From NCBI GenBank assembly GCA_038886535.1, contig JAVZXS010000003.1, positions 50,369 through 114,368 on the forward strand: 64,000 nucleotides of DNA. Reading direction: 5' to 3'. Positions 59,626-64,000 of the stretch are shown here, one piece after another (within the stretch, counting starts at the first letter, position 1; each line of letters opens with the position of its first letter). This DNA is from Candidatus Micrarchaeia archaeon (GTDB lineage: Archaea > Micrarchaeota > Micrarchaeia > CABMEP01). The notes under the pieces were generated by a model. It worked only from the letters and a program-made list of their open reading frames with translations, did no database searches and had not been told where the DNA came from. A program made the translations under genes and the position numbers.

Positions 59626-60327
59626 ATGTTCGGATTGCAATTAGGAAATATAGGTTCTATTCTAGATTCTATTCAGATCGTTTTCTTCTCGATTGTTTTC
59701 ACCACTATTGGATATTTTTTATATTTTTTAGGAAAGACAATAGTTATATACAAAGGAAAGGAAGACACAAATTATGAAAGTATATTTGAATCATTTTTTT
59801 TCTCGATTTTTTTAGGTCTTTCATTTATTATCTCTTTAGCTGTTTCGATTTATTTTCTCATGTTATCATTTTTGATACCACCAATATTAATTCTTATTGC
59901 TCAATTAGTTCTCATTATTTTTATTGGTGAAGAGATAAATAAAATCAAAAATTTATTAGATAAAAAAATAAAGAACAAAACAACTTTAGATCGGTACAAA
60001 ATGATTATATTAATAATTCTCATACAGGCATTTAGCTTTTTAGCACCTATTCCTTTTTTAACCACAGTTGACAGTAATAAGAGCAGTCTTCCTTATTTGT
60101 TTCTTTCCGGTATTTTTTCTTTGGCATCTATTTTTTTATCTGCAATTTTATATGCAATTATAGGTAGAGAATATTTAGATATAGAAATAAAATTGACTGA
60201 TGGTAGAAAAATAAAGGGAATTCAAAAAGGTATTAGTAAAGATTTTGTTTATCTGCAGAAGAATAAAGAATTATATACTATTAATAAAAGTTTAATTAAT
60301 TATATTAGAACGAGAAAAAGAAAATGA
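59626..60327 (+). CDS. Multi-pass membrane protein with a C-terminal Sm/SH3-like beta domain
   Basis: About 5 TM segments, then IEIKLTDGRKIKG..SKDFVYL..YTINKSLINYI; GGTGA SD. Confidence 0.6.
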   Translation: MFGLQLGNIGSILDSIQIVFFSIVFTTIGYFLYFLGKTIVIYKGKEDTNYESIFESFFFSIFLGLSFIISLAVSIYFLMLSFLIPPILILIAQLVLIIFIGEEINKIKNLLDKKIKNKTTLDRYKMIILIILIQAFSFLAPIPFLTTVDSNKSSLPYLFLSGIFSLASIFLSAILYAIIGREYLDIEIKLTDGRKIKGIQKGISKDFVYLQKNKELYTINKSLINYIRTRKRK

Positions 60328-60933
60328 AGATTCAAAAATGTAATTCATAATTTTAATATATTATTAGAAATTCTAATAAATAATTAGCAGTATAAAAGTG
60401 AAAGAATATAATAAGTAATATGATTGTAAGTTTTTCTTTTTGTTTTTGATAGAAATATATGTAACGTACGACTTTATAGTAAGACTTAAACTATAGCAAT
60501 CCACTTTGCTCAGTTATTGATTAACTATTAATTAATAGAAGAATACTAAATTATTAAATTTTTATAAAACAATAAACAACGATTCATTAATGCATTTGAA
60601 TTTACTTCAACTTAAATTCATTTATGTTATTGTATCAGGTAGGATTTATGTTTGAATATAGTAAACAATAAATCAATTTATTTTTTATTGCTAAGTTATA
60701 CAGCTTTACTTTTGCTTTTTTATATATTTTTATTTAGTCGACAGGTCATAGAGCAAAACGTAAAAGAATTTAATGCTACTTGTTACTTGTGCATTTAATT
60801 ACAGTTTTACTAAAATTAACATGTTAGATAATAACGTCAGAATTTAGTTATGATGGGGATATTTCTTTATGTATTCGTTATGATAATTTTTAGTAAGATT
60901 AGTTACAATTCGCTTTACTTAAGTAAATTTTTC

Positions 60934-60996
60934 GTCTCAAAAACGTCCGTATATGAGAGATGGGGGTTTTACGTCGGTGGAAGACGTTTTTGTGAC
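60934..60996. repeat. 14-bp inverted repeat (13/14) in a long AT-rich intergenic region
   Basis: GTCTCAAAAACGTC ... GACGTTTTTGTGAC with a 35-nt spacer. Confidence 0.8.
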
Positions 60997-61109
60997 AAAT
61001 TTTTCTTTATCTTTTAAACAATATAAAAAATCTACTACCAAAATTTTAATAGATTTTCCAATATTTTTTTATCTTTCTATTAATTTTGTATTTTCTATAC
61101 TATTTGCTT

Positions 61110-62171
61110 TTATTCTGAGGTTATTCTGCATTCAGAGCGATATTCACAAGATTTACACTTCTATTGTTTTGGTGGAATGGGATTCATTTTATTTGTAAGT
61201 AGTTTATCCATAGTGTTTAGAGTATGCACAGCATGCCTTTCATCTGTTTTTTGTTCAATAATTATTGATCTTTCATTTACTTTGTTCATTAACTTTATTT
61301 GAACTTTAATCCTTGGCTTCCCAAATAGATAGGAATAAATATTTGCCTGCGCGATTGCCATTGGTTTTATGAAATGACAAAGAAATTCATTTGCTGTTGT
61401 TTTAAATTCATAACAGAAGTCAGGCCCTATTCCATCTGGTGCTCCTTCAATTATATAGTTTTTCCAATTGAAATGATATCTAAAAGTTGGATAATGCTCT
61501 GCTCTATTTAATTCTTCAAATATCCCTCTCTCTAATGGATTATCATATATAGTTTTTCTATTAGCAGTATCGTTTGACATTTCTGCTATTGCTATATAAG
61601 GTATATTATTTTTTTTAAGTTCATTCTCTAATTTTATTAATGCAGATCTATAATTCTTACATTTATTTAGAATTTCTATAAAATTATTAGTCAGAATCTT
61701 TTTTAATTGGTAATCGAATTTATTTATATCTGATTCATCTGGTATTATCGTTATCGCTCTTCCATGTATGTTTATGGTTGTATAATCCTCCATAAATTGT
61801 GACAATATTTTATGCACCTCTTTTTTAGATAGTTGGCCGTATTTTTCAATATCTTCTTTATAAGATGCGAATATATTTTTCTCATTGTTTCTAATCTTGA
61901 AAATCATTTGTCGATGACACCAGTACATACGTGCAATATCTGCAACTGCAACAAAACAGATTTGGTCTTTTTTAATGGATAATTTTTTCTTTTCTCTAAT
62001 CATTTCTTTCTCTAAAATTTTATTAACAATTATATTCTCAGAGATTGGCAATTTCTTCATTAACCTGCTCTCTTCAGTCTTGCTTCCTATAGAAAATAAA
62101 TCCTGATCTTTATTATCAATTTTTATTCTTTTTATTTTATCAGGCTTCTTCATATCCTTACACCAATTCAT
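61110..62171 (-). pseudogene. Solo Cas4-like (RecB/PD-(D/E)XK, Fe-S) nuclease interrupted by an amber codon
   Basis: YWC, GAPDG..YEFKT, QANIY; after TAG 61161-61163 the frame continues KCKSCEYRSEC-RITSE* to 61110. Confidence 0.75.
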
Positions 62172-62290
62172 TATTGAAAGACAACAATAAAAATCATATT
62201 TTGTTAATAAATTTTTCCTATAGTTTTCAACAATTGAGCCTTAATCTATAATAATGTTGGAATTTCCAATATATTATTAAAAATATTAAA

Positions 62291-64000
62291 TTACATCCTA
62301 GAAACTATAGGAGAATGGTATTTTCTTAAATCAATTGACATATATTTAGAAATAACATAAATGTCAGAAGCAAATATTCGCGCAATTTGGCTTTTAGCGT
62401 TCTTCTTTTTACCGTTTTTCATTCTTCTCAGCTCAAGAAACTTTGAATATCTTTTATCTAGGAGATTCACATATGTTATTATTTGATCGCATAGCTCGTC
62501 TATTGTTTTATAATCTTTCTTATCATATGCCTCAATGATTCTTTTTACTGCATTTAACGGCATATTTATTGCTTCAAGTTCTTTCAATAGCTGCTTAATA
62601 AATTCTCTTTTTGCTTTACTTCTATTCCTTGCCATCACTCTCATTAATATTTTTCTAAAAGAACCGTCAGATTTGTCAAATGTCTTTAATACATCCATTA
62701 TTCCTTCAATATTATTGTTTTCAGCGAGATTTATGAGGATCTTTATTTTCTCATCTAATATCTTAAGTCTTTGGAAAATATTTTCTAGAATTTTTTTCAT
62801 ATTTTCTTTTTTGTCTGCTTCAACTACATCTTTCAGCTTGATTGCATATATCTCTCTCTGCAGGGTTCTCGCAATCTCTCTTAGATAGGAAGAAACAGCA
62901 TGCTTTGCAAACTTGACTGCTGATAGGTAGTCATCTTTTGTAAGGTTCTTTCTTAGTTCTTTGTCAAATCTATCTATTTCCTTAAATTGTGATGTTCTTT
63001 CTAATGCGTTCTTCCAATATCTTTCTTTATTCTCTTTCTTTGCTTGTTTTGCTTTTAAGATCTGGCTGTTTATGAATGTTACAACTGAATTTATCCATAC
63101 AGAATTTAATACGTCTATTATTTCGCCTTTTTTGATTATCCTCTTCCCTTCCTTTTCTTGGAGTGATTCCTCTATCTTTTTTATCACTGCTTTATTTAGT
63201 TCTTCAATTTTCTCGTCAATCATTTCAATTTTTCTTGCTGCTTCCAGCAGTGATTTTGCAGTATTTAAAATATTCTCATGAAGTTGGTTTACTCTCTTCT
63301 TTATTTCATCTCTTGAGAGATGATCCCATTCTATAAGGATGTTGTTTATTTCTCTGAAGATTTCTCGCTCAGCTGAATGCTTTTTAATGAATTCTTTTGC
63401 CTTTCTTACTGCTGCATCTGGATTAGTTTTTTCTAGCTCTTCTATTTCTTTTAATAGTTTCTCGATTTCTTTTTGAAACGTTTCCTTATCTATTTTCGAT
63501 ATTTCTTTTGATATCTGTTCGATATCATTCAAAAGACCCTCAGCTCCTTTTCCGTCTTTTTCTGCATTTTCAATTCTCTCTTCAATTTTATCTAAAATCT
63601 CAACTCTTTCTTTTATCTCTTCTTTTGTTTCTTCAATATACTCTTTCAGTTCTTCTAATCTTTCTTTTTGACTATATTCTTTAACTGTCTCAGCCAATTC
63701 AAGAAGTCTGCTTTCTTGAACAGCAAGGATCTCAGCTTCCAATCTTTCCTTAATCACTTCCTCTTCATCCAAATTCTTCTCGATTATCCTTGCAGCTTCT
63801 TCTTCGATTCTTTCTCGAATCTCTTCCTTTTCTCTTTCTTTATTTTCTATTTCCTCTATGAATTTTTCATGTTCTTTTTCTTTTATTTCTTCCTTTTCTT
63901 CTATTCGTTCCTTCAAGTCTGTGTCGGATGTTTCTTTTTCCTTTTCCCTTTCTTCCTTTTCCTTCATTTCTAGCTGTGCAATTAAGGATGCAAGATGTTC
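62291..64000 (-). CDS. Large acidic/coiled-coil hypothetical protein, 5' end beyond the window
   Basis: The frame stays open upstream of ATG 63967 to the window edge (EHLASLIAQLE). Confidence 0.7.
   Translation of the reverse strand, partial: EHLASLIAQLEMKEKEEREKEKETSDTDLKERIEEKEEIKEKEHEKFIEEIENKEREKEEIRERIEEEAARIIEKNLDEEEVIKERLEAEILAVQESRLLELAETVKEYSQKERLEELKEYIEETKEEIKERVEILDKIEERIENAEKDGKGAEGLLNDIEQISKEISKIDKETFQKEIEKLLKEIEELEKTNPDAAVRKAKEFIKKHSAEREIFREINNILIEWDHLSRDEIKKRVNQLHENILNTAKSLLEAARKIEMIDEKIEELNKAVIKKIEESLQEKEGKRIIKKGEIIDVLNSVWINSVVTFINSQILKAKQAKKENKERYWKNALERTSQFKEIDRFDKELRKNLTKDDYLSAVKFAKHAVSSYLREIARTLQREIYAIKLKDVVEADKKENMKKILENIFQRLKILDEKIKILINLAENNNIEGIMDVLKTFDKSDGSFRKILMRVMARNRSKAKREFIKQLLKELEAINMPLNAVKRIIEAYDKKDYKTIDELCDQIITYVNLLDKRYSKFLELRRMKNGKKKNAKSQIARIFASDIYVISKYMSIDLRKYHSPIVSRM

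Noticed and set aside
48433..61163. Genome-wide TAG recoding suggested by in-frame ambers in the ABC permease and Cas4-like gene
   Set aside because: TAG terminates leuS, the Lrp regulator and exonuclease 1 at their expected ends, and the two ambers appear to replace different residues (Tyr, probably Trp)
60953..61198. 81-aa plus-strand ORF
   Set aside because: Low-complexity F/I-rich translation overlapping the inverted repeat and the Cas4-like tail; probably spurious

Overview
AT-rich chromosomal segment of an archaeon, most plausibly DPANN and possibly Micrarchaeota. This is inferred from deoxyhypusine synthase, archaeal-type LeuRS, TrmY, Lhr, FtsZ, a double-Lrp regulator, TATA promoters and a mix of leaderless and GGTGA-led genes. 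Core genes (dhs, lhr, nrdJ, nrdR, ftsZ, thpR, pyrB, speD-like, leuS, trmY) are interleaved with accessory genes. Main observations: (1) two paralogous DEDDh exonucleases, both lacking the ExoIII Asp, bracket an AAA-ATPase/PD-(D/E)XK gene that is itself flanked by a 48-bp palindromic direct repeat; (2) a bacterial-type NrdR with two NrdR boxes 32 bp apart lies over an archaeal TATA promoter of the B12-dependent nrdJ; (3) a TyrRS/CDPS/PvcA-like Rossmann enzyme sits behind a perfect 9-1-9 palindrome; (4) there is a candidate outer-membrane-type beta-barrel; (5) a pair of Cys-rich surface proteins share a membrane anchor; (6) one protein fuses zincin, AN1, TM, Cys-repeat and CAP domains; (7) an AbiE type IV TA pair has a visible operator; (8) a Cas4-like nuclease has its Fe-S cysteines beyond an in-frame amber codon; (9) many decayed genes are missing or split in the ORF track (DEAD-box helicase, DUF2207, CDGSH, ABC ATPase, GNAT, IS5-like transposase). 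I saw no tRNA, rRNA or CRISPR array. All family calls are from motif recognition by eye, not database searches.
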